DNA of 64,000 bases. It comes from the human T2T-CHM13v2.0 reference genome, Homo sapiens. Under the pieces are notes generated by a model, which did no database searches, had not been told where the DNA came from, and saw nothing but the letters and a program-made list of their open reading frames with translations. Where the stretch lies: assembly GCF_009914755.1 (NCBI RefSeq), contig NC_060925.1; one strand, written 5' to 3'. Both the position numbers and the translations under genes were made by a program. Every line of letters begins with the position of its first letter. Positions within the stretch are counted from its first letter, which is position 1. Below, piece after piece: positions 23,036-59,339 of the stretch.

Positions 23036-23304
23036 CAATGAACAAGAATGTCCACAAGAGGGCTCCCCAGCTCCCTGACTGTGCATTGGAACGCGCAACT
23101 CAAGATACTTCTTTTAGGGAGAAAAATCAAGTAATAGAATATGGGACCTCTTAAGGTGCAGATGGCAACCACAGTTTCTCATCTCTTTATTTTTTTTGAG
23201 ACGGAGTCTCACTCTTGCCCAGGGTGAAGTGCAGTGGTGTGATCTTGGCTCACTGCAACCTCCACGTCCTGGGTTCAAACGATTCTCATGCCTCAGCCTC
23301 CTGA

Positions 23305-23470
<166 letters not shown>

Positions 23471-23624
23471 TAGCTGGGACTACAGGTGCCTGCCACCACG
23501 CCTGGCTAATTTTTGTATTTTTAGTAGAGATGGGGTTTCAACATATTGGCCAGGCTGGTCTCAAACTCCTGACCTTGTAATCCACCAGCCTCAGCCTCCC
23601 AAAGTGCTGGGATTAGAGGCATGA

Positions 23625-23831
<207 letters not shown>

Positions 23832-24464
23832 TAGAACAGTACTTGCTGCAACATTCAAGTTTTCCATCTGCTTAATCCAATGCAGTGGGCAGCAGCTACA
23901 AATGGCAGCTACCGGACACATGAAACCTGAAGCTTGAGAAACCGAGGAGTGGAATTCATTCATTTAAATCGGGTCCTGAGGTCTTCTTGATGCCCTTCTG
24001 CCTTCCTGCCCAGAGCTCCCATTTAATCCTTCTTTCACCTGCTTTCCCCAGGAAGAGACCCTGGGAAGAGAACATCTCTTCCCAGGATGGTCACCTTTAC
24101 CCTGAAGTCCTTCTGGTCTGAATATGGCTGTGTAACCTAGTAGCTACCATCCTTAAGATTATCTACAAATAGGCCTGCATTTGAAGTTTCTTCCAAACAA
24201 GGTGTCCAAACAAAGTCTCGCTCTGCCTTCCAGCTTAGACTCTGTTTTGACCCCACTATCCTGGAGGGACCGTGTATGTCTCTTCTCTTGCCTTTGCCTC
24301 TGGTTCCCTTCCCAAGGACCCAGGAAAATGACCCCAATGGATCCTCATCCTTTTCTGTTACGACACCAAACCTTGGTTCTCAAAGGCCGACACCCTTTCG
24401 CCAGGGGCCCCTGAACACTAAGGACAGACCCAGATTGTTCCAGACATACACAGGCACACGGAGT

Positions 24465-24823
24465 ATTCTCATGGGTCACTGAGGCTTTTTATTTTGAGCA
24501 CAAAACCACCGGGGATCTAGCCTGTGGCCACCCCGGAGATGACACGAGGCTCACATGACTCTAGACACTTGGTGGAAAGTGAGGCGAGAAAAACAATGAC
24601 TTGGGCCAATTACACGACTGCAAAGCTAGAGCTGCCAACAGGGCTCCAGGGAGCTTGGCTTCTGTAGAAGTTCTAAGGAAGCGGTACGAACTCCACGGCG
24701 GTGGGGCGCTAACTAGCAGGGACCCCTGCAAGTGTTGGTCGGGGGCCTCGAGCTGCCTGAGCTGACACGAGGGGAGGGGTCTGTGTAGCCAACAGGTGAC
24801 CGAAGGGCTTGCCTGCCCACAGC
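24465..24823 (-). other. ENO1: ENO1 3'UTR
   Basis: Runs from the stop codon to the AATAAA; the exact cleavage site is approximate. Confidence 0.9.
24488..24493 (-). terminator. ENO1 polyadenylation signal AATAAA
   Basis: tttatt on the + strand, followed on the minus strand by a GU-rich downstream element (CGTGTGCCTGTGTATGTCTG). Confidence 0.92.
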
Positions 24824-38378
<13,555 letters not shown>

Positions 38379-38603
38379 GGTGAACTTCTGTAGAAGAAAC
38401 ACACAGTTCATGTTTTCCATAAGCCATAATGCTGCATTTCCTCACTCATTCAAGGAATCACTTCCGAGGTTCGTGGACTAGAGAGAATCAGCACTGGACT
38501 AAATACTGGATGTAGGAAAGCTGGCTAGGGTGGGGGGAAAAGCCTGCTGGAAAGCAGTGGGAATTCTCCTAATTAAGTAGTTAGGGCCTAGCTGCGGAAG
38601 GCC

Positions 38604-38740
38604 TTAACCTTTTTATGCCTAGTATTCCATTACTGGAACGCTAAGGGCGTGGGAGTTACTTTTATCCGACTGCTCAAGTCATTGCCAAGGTCTGATTTTT
38701 CACAAAAAAAGATTTGCAACCTCTGGCATAAATGGGTTAA
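38604..38740 (+). mobile_element. MER85 piggyBac MITE with TTAA target-site duplications
   Basis: TTAA-CCTTTTTATGCC...GGCATAAATGGG-TTAA terminal inverted repeats, internal near-palindrome TTCCATTACTGGAA, about 130 bp long. Confidence 0.9.
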
Positions 38741-40104
38741 ACCCTAGCAATTGAGGTCTTGTTCTGTAAGAAAAAAGAAAAAAAAAAAAAGAGAGAGAAA
38801 AAGCCCACAAACGTGTGTGCCCAGGGAGAATCAAATCCAAATAGAAAGATGAATGTGTTGCTCGACGCAGAGTGGCCCAGGAGCTGTCTGAAACTGGCTA
38901 TTGTCATGAGTGAACAATGAGGGCTGGCATGGGAATGGAAAGGAACCAAGAACAGACATGAAGGTCACAAGCAAAACCACCTAGGGCCAAAAAGAGGGTG
39001 GCGGGACCAGGGGAAAACCTTGCTTGTAGCAGAATTAAAACAAAATAGTGAATGAAGTTTGGACATAATTCTTCAGATTAATATTCACTTAGTAGGTATT
39101 TGATCAGAAATTCTGAGTTTGGAAGTCAGGAACAATGAAGTCCTTGGACCGTGTGATCTTGGCTACTGCCACTTCCTGGGACTTTCCAATTTCACAGTAC
39201 TTGGGTCTTCAGTGTTGTTATGTCATTAATGATAACATCTTTATTTTATTTTAGTTACTTTTTTAAGAGATGGCGGTCTCACTATGCTGCCCAGGCTGCT
39301 CTCAAACTCCTGGGCTCAAGCGATCCTCCCCTGCCTTGGCCTCCCAAAGCATGCTAGGATGATTATAGGGGTAAGCCACCAGGACCAGCCAATAATGACA
39401 TCTAATTATTTCTTCCCAACGGGGTTTTATAATTTGTAAATAGAGGAAAGATTCTTTGAACACCAGGATACTTCAAGGGAAGGGGCTTCCTTTAACACCA
39501 CCTTAAAAAAAAAAATACAAGAATTTCCAGCAATGAACAACAAATACCAATTCCTCAAAGAAAAACCCATTCTTACTTTTTTCCTTGGCGCTCTCCAAAG
39601 AAACTAACTGAACAACTTATAGAACTGAGGTGGGTGAGAGGAACTTAGTGTTTAAAGCCATTATCTACCTGGGCTCCCCTCCAACATCTTCTCTGGAATG
39701 TCCTGAGGTGGCAAGTGGCAGGTTTTTAACTTTCAAAATTATTTACTGAAGTCACTTCTGTGGCTTTGTTGTCTATGTAACAATGGAGTTTTATTCATTA
39801 GCCAAAAAAAGGTACTTACTTTTTACTAGGTTCCAAAAAGGCAAATTTGTTTAAACATATTTTTAGATTTAATTTTGCGTTTTGGCAAATTATATACCCG
39901 AGTAACATTTCCATCACTGCAAAAAGTTATCTCAGGCCATTTCCAGTCAATATCCCCCTGCCCCATCTCCAGGCCACCACTGTGGTATACTTTGAGTATT
40001 TCAGTCATACTTTTAAAGGCAATTTTATTAGGGTGCCTCAGTACTTTTGTTTTCATTTTAGTGACTTAAGACGAAAGAAAGTCTTGGCCGGGCGCGGTGG
40101 CTCA

Positions 40105-40263
<159 letters not shown>

Positions 40264-42048
40264 TCAGAAAAAAAAAAAAAGACAAACGTCTTAGGATGTG
40301 AAAATAAAGTGTGATTTTTTTTTTTATTTTTTGAGACGGAGTTTCGCTGTTGTCGCCCAGACTGGAGTGCAATGGCGCCATTTTGGCTCACTGCAACCTC
40401 AGCCTCCTGTCTCAGCCTCCCGAGTAGGTGGGATTACAGGCGCCTGCCATTACGCCCAGGTGATTTTTTTTTTTTTTTGAGACGGAGTCGCGCTCTTTCG
40501 CCCAGGCTAGAGTGCAGTGACACGATCTCGACTCACTGCAGGCTCCGCCTCCAGAGTAGCTGGGACTACAGGCGCCCACCACCACACCCGGCTAATTTTT
40601 TGTATTTTTAGTAGAGATGGGGTTTAGTAGAGTAGGATGGTCTCGATCTCCTGACCTCGTGAGCCACCCACCTCGGCCTCCCAAAGTGCTAGGATTACAG
40701 GCGTGAGCCACCGCGCCTGGTCGATTTTTGTATTTTCAGTAGAGACGGGGTTTCACCACGTTGGTCAGGCTGGTCTCTAACTCCCGACCTCAGGTGATCC
40801 TGAGGAGGCCCACCTCGGCATCCCAAAGTGCTCGGATTACAGGCGTGAGCCACCGCGCCCGGACCATTCACAGCTTTTTTAGCTGCCTGGATGGAACCCC
40901 GAATTAGGGACACGGTAAATGAATGGAGCAGTCAGGGCCCGGGTGGGCCTGAAAGGCAAGTGAAGCAATGGACCCTACCGCCCAGAGAAGCGCACAGAGC
41001 AGGGGAACATTGAACAGGAAGCTTTCTTAAAATACATCCTTCTTGGCCTAGCGCGGTGGCTCACGCCTGTAATCCCAGCACTTTGGGAGGCCGAGGCGGG
41101 CGGATCACCTGAGGGCGGGAGCTCAAGACCAGCCTGGCCAACATGGTGAAACACCGCCTCTACTAAAACAACAACAACAACAACAAAAAACAAAATTAGC
41201 CGGGCGTGGTGGCGCATGCCTGTAATCCCAGCTACTCGGGAGGCTGAGGTAGGAGAATCGCTTGAACCCAGGAGGCCGAGGTTGCGGTGAACCGAGATCC
41301 GAGATCGCGCAATTGCACTCCAGCCTGGGCAACAATAGCAAAACTCAAAAAAAAAAAAAACCAAATCAGATCAGGCCCGATTTTTGGTGGCCAGCCGGGG
41401 AGCCGCTCTTGCCCAACTTGGGCGAGGTCGCCTGGAGGACTTGCCAATGATCTAACGGCTCTGCTGCAGGTTCCTCAAGAGGTGCCTTCTCGGAGTTAAA
41501 TGAGTCACCGCTTACTAGGCAGAAGCGCGGGCCGCGAGCGCGGGCGAGAGGCGGGGGCTACCGGTGGGGGAGGGGGCCGCAGCCTCGTGGCCATCTCCAC
41601 TATCGCCGCCCTCCTCCATTTTAGGAAGGGCCTGGCCTGAGTGGCCACCGCCGCTAAGTCTGCGTCTATCCCAAAAACCTTACACTTGGCTACGATGGAA
41701 AAGCAACTTCCACTCCCAACTCCCGCTGTGCTAAGCAGCTCGCGTGTGCAGCTCCCGACCTTCCCTGACAGTGACTCGGCCCCGCAGTCGGTAATCACGT
41801 GTTGATCTGCACTTTCCCCTCCAAAGAAATCGGGGGCCCAGCACGTGCGCCTGGCATTGCGCCCCCGCCCCGGGCCTCGGGGTGAGCGGGGGCGCCAGTT
41901 CCCACCCAGGGAGGCGGCTTGCACGTGCCCCCGACCCCGCCACGCTGGGCCTGCGGGCGCGCCGCCTCCCTCGGAGGGAAAAGAGCCCCACAAGCCCAGA
42001 AAAGCCCTGCGCCGCCTGCCCGTTGCTCAGCCCTTCCCCAATCATTAC

Positions 42049-42155
42049 CTAGCCACTGGGTCTCGTCGCCTAGGAGAGGAAGCGGAGGGTGCTGCAGACA
42101 CCGAGGTGAACGTAAAGCCGGCGAGATCTCCGTGCTCCGGGTACCCACAGATACT
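42049..42155 (-). other. ENO1: ENO1 non-coding exon 1 (TSS approximate; multiple starts likely)
   Basis: Ends CCCAGTGGCTAG|GTAATG at a donor, and joins exon 2 to give GGCTAGAAGTTCACCATG, matching my recall of the ENO1 5'UTR. Confidence 0.9.
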
Positions 42156-42299
42156 GTCCGCGCCGCCCGCGCCGACTTCCTGCCTAGCTAAGGCGAGCCC
42201 CACCCACTTCCCGCCTCCGGGGCACGCCCCCTCAGCTCCGCCTCGCCATTCGTCGGGAGAGCCGTCACTCATTCCCTCACCTCCCGGAAAGGGGTGGGA

Positions 42300-43360
42300 C
42301 TGCGACGGCTGCAGTAGCGTGGAAAGGGGGGTGACGTCCCGCGGACTTGAGGCGGGCAGATCTGGGGGGCCCCGACTCCCCAGCGGCCCTGTAGTGGTGC
42401 GGGCGAAACTCTGGCCCCAGATAGGACCGGTGAGCCGAACTGGGGTGTGCGGAGCCGGGGCTCCGGGGGATGGCCCGGGGCGGCGTGGCGGGCATGAGAG
42501 CTCGGGGCTCCGTCACGTACTCCGAGTCCCGCACGCACTCAGCGTCGCTCTGGGGCCCCACGTCCGGCCCTCGACCTTGCTGACAACTTTGGCGGCCCGG
42601 GCCTGCCGCGGCCCTCCTGCCCCGCCCCTCCTGCCTCGCGCCGCGATCCGAGAGACCCCGTTGGCGTCGAGTCGTTGAGAGGCTGCGCGCCTCGGCCCCA
42701 CTCCGGGGTTGGGGCGCTGACCCCGCCGCAGCGCTGCGTGTCCGGGGCCACGTGCGCCGCCTGCGCCTGCGCGCTGCCCTCCAGCCGCGCCCGTCTGGCC
42801 GGGCTCCGCCTGGCACCCGCCAAGGTGACCCTGTCCCTTTCTCCTTGCTGCGGTGAGAATCAGGCCGAGACAGCCAAAGGAAGGTTCACTTTCCTTTAAT
42901 TCTACCTCATACTTTTTGAGTGCCTTCTAGGTGTCCGGCGCGCCCCCACGTGCTTCCCCAGTGTTAATTCATTCTCTCTCTAGTCCATGTCATGTTGCCT
43001 CTCAAATTTTACATCCCTCTCATTCCCATCTAGGGAACTAGATCAAACCTACCTGGATTCTTGTGAACCATTCATGTGAATTATTTGGAACTGGAATTTC
43101 ACACAGACCCGGGGAATTTCTCAAAGTTCAAGACGGGTCATATTCCGTGGAATACGGAAGGAGTTGGAGTGATTTCACTTTTCTGATCAAGAACTGATAG
43201 CCATTAAAACTCAGCTCCGCAATATATCCCCCCACTCCAAGGGAGGGCTGAAATGATCACTTCGTTTTCTGTTACGGCTACTTTTATATTTTTCAACATT
43301 ACTGCTGGTCTGTAAGAGAACTAAAACATCTGATTTTCCTCATTTCCTTGTAAAGAGGTG
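42300..43360 (+). ncRNA. ENO1-AS1: Divergent antisense lncRNA region
   Basis: Position from recall of the locus annotation, plus the bidirectional CpG promoter. Boundaries cannot be derived from the sequence. Confidence 0.4.
42504..42571 (-). promoter_or_regulatory. HIF-1 hypoxia response element of ENO1 (68 bp)
   Basis: The minus strand reads AGGGCCGGACGTGGGG...GTGCGTGCGG...GTACGTGACGGAGCCCC, with three RCGTG cores. This matches my recall of the ENO1 HRE used in HIF reporter constructs. Confidence 0.9.
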
Positions 43361-43658
43361 TTCAAATATGTACTTGAATTTAATTATTTCTTCTGGTCAG
43401 CTGCAAAACCTGCTTTTCTTCCTTAACCCCTAGCATTTTTATCCTCTTAGCTACAGACAGGTTTCCATGGCGTTGGTTAAAAATTAAGGCCTATTGAGAC
43501 CATAGTATTTGCTTTCCAGTGAGTAAGAAGCAAGAACTTTAGGATTAAATTCAGCAAAAAGAAAAAAAAAAAAGAGTAAAATTTTGCAAGCAGAGTTTGT
43601 GATTTCACCAGCAACACACTAACGTTTTTGGCTACTGAAAACCACTATCCCCAGCCCC

Positions 43659-43669
43659 ATGACTCAGCA
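43659..43669 (+). promoter_or_regulatory. NRF2/MAF ARE with AP-1 core, ATGACTCAGCA
   Basis: Exact match to RTGACnnnGCA, about 1.5 kb upstream of the ENO1 TSS. Confidence 0.5.
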
Positions 43670-44574
43670 GCTAAATCAACAGCCAACATCTCCTACTGGT
43701 AAGGACTCTAAGAAATCAGGCACTTGGTACTCTCAGAGCAATTCTAAGGCGTGGCCCTGAAAGGGCTCCAAACAATCTTATTTTACATAAAAATGGTTAG
43801 AGAGATAAAGATACTCTGCTGTGGCCAGAACCAGTAAATCTAGCAGGAAATCAGAGGCCGAACATGATCCCGGACTGCTGCCGTTGCAAGATTCTTGGAG
43901 GCTGCAGCGCCACATTCTGAGCCAGCACTTCGACCTCACATTGTAGCTAAAATGTTAATGATTACTAGAGATGTCCTGAAATCTTTTTCAAAATTCACAG
44001 GCTGCCAAATGCCCTCCCTGTTTCCATAGCTCCTTAGGCTTTGTTAGCAGGCTGTGGGGTTCACATTTGCTTGTAGTCAGCACAACGGCATTGCATTTAG
44101 TTATTATTTCTCACTTGCTGTAAGCTTGTTGAGAAGTTTTATTGGTGGTGGGCAGGTGGGGAATAACTGTCCAAAGCTATCAGAATACCACACCTTGAAG
44201 CACTGTAGGTAACACATGCATGGTGTCTGCAGGTGGCCGGGATCAAGGGAGAGTGAATCTGCTACGACCTGTAACTCGCTTGGATTACTGATTCTCCCTG
44301 TGATACGTGTGTAAAAATCACTGGTCAGCTTGAGAAAGGGATCTTTGTGAAAGAGGGTCTCCAGCCAGATAGGGAACTTCAGGGTTGGATAAGGAGCTCT
44401 GGGGAGGTAAGATACCAGATGAGTGCAGAAGGGGATGTAGCTGGATGGTCCCTCCTCATAACAGATCATGAGGTTTTGGTATTCATCACTCAGTATTTCA
44501 CGTACACCAGAGACTACATAAAGCGTATATAAATCTCTGTGTACCCACATCCCGCTTAAGAAATGGAACACCAT

Positions 44575-46865
<2,291 letters not shown>

Positions 46866-46896
46866 ATTTTATTTTTAAATATATATAAAAAAATTA

Positions 46897-47003
46897 TAAG
46901 TACAGAACACTTCACAGATTTGCATGACGTCCTCGCGCGGGGCCCATGCTGATCTTCTCTGTATCATTCCAATTTTTTTTTAGTATATGTGCTGGCAAGT
47001 CAT
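46897..47003 (-). pseudogene. U6 snRNA pseudogene
   Basis: The reverse complement matches U6 (GCACATATACTAAAA..TTGGAA.GATACAGAGAAGAT.AGCATGG.CCC...GCAAAT..GTGAAG.GTTC) with many substitutions and an expanded A run. Confidence 0.92.
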
Positions 47004-47467
47004 GCTAGGTTGGCATTCCTCAGGGTGTCCAAATGAGAGGAGTAAAGGGGAGGTGATTAAGCAAGAAGGCCCAGGGGAGCTGGGGAAGCTGGGAGCAGAG
47101 TTCCCCTGGGCAGAGGTCATGAAGGGGCACCCAAGTGACAGCCGAGGGAGAACAACTTCTGGAAAGTCTGTCTCAGCAGGCATCAGAGGAAAGCATCTCT
47201 ATTTGGCATCAAAGAGCTCAGCATGGCCTCCCTCAGGGCCCCAGCGCCTTTATCTTTGGGATGGATGTGATAATAGTCTCAGGGGGAGGTCGGCAGTCTG
47301 GGAATTACTGTTTCAAGCTAGAATGGACACCTAGAAGGCACTAATATCCCTAAATAGTATCTGCAGGAAGTTATCCAGCCAGTTTTCTTTTCACGTGTCT
47401 CTGTTCCCTCCCTCTTTTTCACAAAATTCTTAAGGTTGTTGCCGAGGTTCTTTTTTTTTTTTTTTGA

Positions 47468-47626
<159 letters not shown>

Positions 47627-48891
47627 TAGTAGAGACAGGGTTTCTCCATGTTGGTCAGGCTGGTCTTGAACTCCTGACCTCAGGCGATCCGCCCTCCTTG
47701 GCCTTCCAAAGTGCTGGGATTACAGGCATGAGCCATCGCGCCCGGCCGCTGAGTTTCTTAAGGTTGTCACAGCATCACTTGGAGGCAGGAGTGCCGGCCC
47801 CTGGGAAGGCCCTTGTCTTGAGAGGAGGAGAGGTCAGGTAACAATTGCTGAGTTCCAGATGGAAAATGAGGAGCCACGTTCTTCAGAAGGTAGTGATCTG
47901 GCGTGATTCAGGCGTGGGGAGCAGGGTTTCACCACGCCTTCAGGCACACCACAAGATAATGAGAAAATTCTCCCTGCATCTATCGCAGACCAATAAAGTT
48001 GCTGGGCCGGGCACAGTGGCTCATGCCTGTAATCCCAGCACTTTGGGAGGGCGAGGCAGGCAGATCACCTGAGGTCAGTAGTTTGAGACCAGCCTGGCCA
48101 ACATGGCAAAACCCCATCTCTACAAAAATACAAAAATTAGCTGGGCGTGGTGGCACATGTGTGTAATCTCAGCTGCTCGGGAGGCTGAGGCAGGAAAATT
48201 GCTTGAGTCCAGGAGGCAGAGGTTGCAGTGAGCTGAGATTGTGCCACACTGCACTCCAGCCTGGGCGACACAGTGAGACTCTGTGTCAAAATAAATAAAT
48301 AAAAAAAATAATGTTGCTGAGGCCTCGTTACTTGCCAGACACCAGGATGCTTGTATATGTAACTCATTTAATCTTGTAAGCACGTCCATGAGCACACTCC
48401 ATCTGATCGTCTCCACTTTCCAAGGGGCAGGGAGGCAGCAGCTGCTGGCTGAGGTGCCAGAGGACCAACTAACGCAGCCTGGTCCCCAGTCCTCGCCCCC
48501 AACCTCAGCATTGTGCTCCTCCAAGATGAAGATTGTTCATTCCCCTAGTCCTCGGATTCCAGTAAAATGCTACAACACCACCGTTAGTCCAAGGAACCTT
48601 GTCTTGATTTGCTTATCTATACCACAACTACCTAGAATTTAGCTGTAGCAGCTTCAGGATTTGCGAAACATCACTCAGGAAGCTTTTGTGTCTGCCGGAT
48701 TCTGTGTTCTCTCTAGAACAGGTTTGCAGTCAGGAGAGGCAGCTTGCAGTCAGAAATGCCAGTTACACTGTGTCAGCATTGGAGTTCCAATGATAAAATG
48801 TCCCCAACCCCATACTCAGGTTGATGTTTTCTGGCATTTCCTAAGCAGAGGGGTAGAAACTTTCTGATTTTCGGCTGGGCCCGGTGGCTCA

Positions 48892-49449
<558 letters not shown>

Positions 49450-49592
49450 TTAAGGTACTGATATCAAAAGCAAAGGTAGGAGACTGGATGAAACTGACAG
49501 GCTGAGCATGGAGGCTCACACCTATAATTCCAGCACTTTGGGAGGCTGAGGCGGGCAGATCACCTGAGATCGGGAGTTCGAGAGCAGCCTTA

Positions 49593-50108
<516 letters not shown>

Positions 50109-50869
50109 TTATTCAACCTACTAGAGCCTCTGACTCTGCAGGGTCTCTCCACATGGCTTCTCATCATTCAGTAGTCTGTCTAGCCCAGGGATTGACAAGC
50201 TATGGCCTAGGGTCCAAATTCTGTTTTTATAAATAAAGTTTTGTGGGAACACAGACACACTCATTTCCTTTCTTTTTTGAGACAGGTCTTGCTCTGTTGG
50301 CCAGGCTGGAGTGCAGTGCTGCCAGTCATGGCTCACTGCAGCCTCAACCTCCCAGGCTCAAGTGATCCTCCCATCTCAGCCTCCCAAGTGGCTGGGACCA
50401 CAGGTGTGTACCACCATGGCCAGCTAAATTTTTTTTTTAACTTTTTTGTAAACACGGAGTCTCCTATGTTGCCCAGGCTCCGTTTCTTTACATATTGTAT
50501 ATGGCAGCTCTCAAGCTGCAATGGCAAAATCCAGTCGTTTCAACAGAGACTGCAAGGCCCACAAGGCTGAAAATACTTACTATCCAGCCCTTTATAGAGA
50601 AAGTGTGCTCACCTGTGGTCCAGCCTAGCTTCTCACATGGAAGCTGTAGCCCAAAAACAAATGATCCAAGAGGGCCAGTCCCAGTGTGCAAGTGCAGATG
50701 GCCTCTGCTTGCTGCTGTCTCATTGGCCAAAACAGGTCCCATGGTCAAGCCCAGAGTCGGTGGTAGGGGCTACCCACGGGCCTGGATAGTAGGACCCCCC
50801 ACAACCCAAGACAGTCTACCACGGGGGTGTGGGAGGTGCTGAAACAGGGAGGCTCAATAAGGAGACTTT

Positions 50870-52830
<1,961 letters not shown>

Positions 52831-53250
52831 AGAGAATCACGTCCAGTGTGAAGTTCGTACTCTGGGGAAGGGTCCTTGGTTCTAAGTAACAAGGACACAT
52901 AGGGCCCCTCTTAGGGAAGCAGGATGTGAGGGACACAGGAACACACCTCCCCAAGTCCCCGTAGGAAGAGAGCAGACTTGAGATCTGAACTCCACTTACT
53001 GAAGGACTATTATGCAATAAAGGGAATAGACCTAGTCTTTGTGGCTCCAGAGATGAGGACGACTACAGAGAGCATTCCCAGGGAGGCCGAGGGCATCTCA
53101 GTTTCAGAGAAGAAACCATTTCCAAGATGACATGGTGTTTCCATGTCATCTTGGTTCAGGAGGGGCTGTTCTGGAGAGGCTGGGGGCCCTCTGTAGGAGG
53201 GTCTGGAGAATTCCAACATCTGAAGGCTGCAGTTCGGGGCTTTACCGTAA

Positions 53251-53325
53251 ACACACACACACACACACACAATATACACACACTATATATATGCATATAT
53301 GTATGCATATATGTATAATATATAT
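53251..53325 (+). repeat. (CA)n followed by TA-rich repeat
   Basis: Read directly from the sequence. Confidence 0.85.
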
Positions 53326-53819
53326 TTAAAGCAAACTAAACTTACTTTCCATTCGTTTAAGATCTTTAGAATATCTCTGAGATTATTTGTGAAACCTCAA
53401 GATTAAAAAAATAACAACGACAAGAAACAAGGCTAAGAATCAACATCCCAGGCTCCTGCCTCTTATTCTATTAACCACAGAAATTAAGTTCCGCAAAGAC
53501 AAAGATGCTTCTGTTACTTCCCAATTAGTCTGCCCTGTTTGGACACAGTCCCAGACCTCATACCCCGGAGCCTACGCACGGACTCCTGGCAAGAGAGGCG
53601 CCATCCCAGGCCCAGTGCCAGGGCTCCTCTCTCGGTCCTGTCCTCAGGGTGTCCTTGGGCTCCTTCTGGACAGAGGCTCTTCCCTCTCCTGCCAGGTCCT
53701 CAGATCCGAACTCCCTAAGCAGGGGCTTATGTCTTGCCAGTGCTTCTTGTTTTTCTTTTTCTTTTTTTTTTTTTTTGAGACGGAGTCTCGCTCTCTCAAA
53801 AAAAAAAAAAAAAAAATCA

Positions 53820-54244
<425 letters not shown>

Positions 54245-54556
54245 TAGCCAGGATGGTCTCGATCTCCTGACCCCAAGTGATCTGCCCGCCTCGGCCTCCC
54301 AAAGTGCTGGGATTACAGATGTGAGCCACCATGCTCTGCCTTCTACAAAAATTTTTAAAAATTAGTGGGACATGGTGGCATGCACCCATAGTCCCAGCTA
54401 CTCTGGAGGCTGAGAGAGGAGGCTCATTGGAGCTGGGGAGGCCAAGGCTGCAACAGTAAGCTATGATGGTGCCACTGCACTCCAGCCTGGGTGACAGAGT
54501 GAGACCCTGCCTTAAACAAACAAACAAATTGCACCTACTTTTTTTTTTTTTTTTGA

Positions 54557-54661
<105 letters not shown>

Positions 54662-54839
54662 TGAGTAGCTGGGATTACAGGCATGCGCCACCACGCCCGG
54701 CTAATTTTGTATTTTTAGTAGAGATGGGGTTCCTCCATGTTGGTCAGGCTGGTCTCGAACTCCCGACCTCAGGTGATCCACCCACCTCGGCCTCCCAAAG
54801 TGCTGGGATTACAGGCGTGAGCCACTGTGCCTGGCCCTG

Positions 54840-55138
54840 CACCTACATTTTAACAGAATTCAGGCCCCTCCCATAATCCTAATCTTGTGGACTTTCATTA
54901 GTTTTGCAAAGGTGGTCAAAGGTGGTTTTCTGTCCGTGAGCAAGAAGGGGGTTAGTTTTAGAGAGGGACTATTATCATCTTTGCTTCAAAGTTAAACTAT
55001 AGACTGAATTCCTCCCGTGGTTAGCTTGGCCTATGCCCAGGGATGAGTGAAGACAGCCAGCCTGTGAGGCTCGAAGCAAGATGGAGTCAGCCAGGCTAGA
55101 CTTCTCACTCTGTCACAATCTGGGCAAAGGCAGTTTCA
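54840..55138 (-). mobile_element. ERV1 LTR fragment (LTR8/LTR26-like)
   Basis: The minus strand begins TGAAACTGCCTTTGC..ACTCCATCTTGCTTC, resembling the LTR at 55684. Confidence 0.55.
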
Positions 55139-55683
55139 AAACCATCATATCTTCCAGCTATTCTCTTTGGGACCCATTTATTTTTACTAAAAGTCATTTG
55201 TTTTTCCTTAGGGGTCCTTCCCTTATTAAGCCCCAATTTCTAACTGCCTCCTTGGGTCACATTTTTCTGTGAACTTCTATACCTACATGAATAAAGATCT
55301 TTTCTCTTGCTAACTTGTCGTTTGTCAATTTAATTTGTATACTCTAAGTGCTGAACCTAATAAAGGAGAAGTTTTTCCTTGACAGTGTCAACTGGGGTAG
55401 CAATACTTCTGGTTTCTGATTTGTGTTGAAATACGATTCAAGCTACACACTCTAAATTTATCTTGTCATTCCTCTGAAGATCAAGGTTGATTTATTTATT
55501 CTTCAACAAACATTACTGAGGGCCTATTAAATGCCAGGCCAGGCACTGTTTTAGGAATGGAGAATAGAACAGAGAACAAGGCAAAGTTCTCGCCTTCATG
55601 GTGTTTACGCTCTGGTGCAGGAGGCAGATGACAAGCCAGTAAATGCCTAGAGTGGCAGCAGGTGCCGATGCTCTGGAGAATAT

Positions 55684-58573
<2,890 letters not shown>

Positions 58574-58699
58574 TATTAGTCTGTCTCATGGGGGAAGGGT
58601 ATACTGGTGGGGCTTGTATGAACACTACATTATGTGATTCATATAAAACAATTTATCAAAATAAAATTCAAATAGTTTAAATCTTAAGACACCTTCCTA

Positions 58700-58954
<255 letters not shown>

Positions 58955-59117
58955 TCAGACCGGGTGCAGTGGCTCATGCCTGTAATCCCAGACCGAGGTG
59001 GGCAGATCACGAAATCAGGCGATCAAGACCATCCTGGCTAACGTGGTGAAACCCCGTCTCAACTAAAAATACAAAAAATTAGCCGGGTGTGGTGGCACCT
59101 GCCTGTAGTCCCAGCTA

Positions 59118-59283
<166 letters not shown>

Positions 59284-59339
59284 CTACTTCACTTCTACTA
59301 TTAACAGTCTGGCCAGGCATGGTGGCTCACACCTGTAAT

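Larger units (their letters stand above)
41796..42952. promoter_or_regulatory. Five canonical CACGTG E-boxes (41796, 41842, 41922, 42749, 42947)
   Basis: Read directly from the sequence; MYC/MAX/USF-type sites. Confidence 0.8.
41380..42955. promoter_or_regulatory. CpG-island, TATA-less promoter of ENO1
   Basis: Very GC- and CpG-rich, with GC boxes, ETS (ACTTCC), E2F-like (TTCCCGCC) and CRE-like (TGACGT at about 42332) motifs. Confidence 0.95.

Noticed and set aside
41845-42678. 277-aa + strand ORF and overlapping ORFs across the promoter
   Set aside because: GTG start, Pro/Arg/Gly-rich, and expected from stop-codon scarcity in a CpG island. No recognisable domain.
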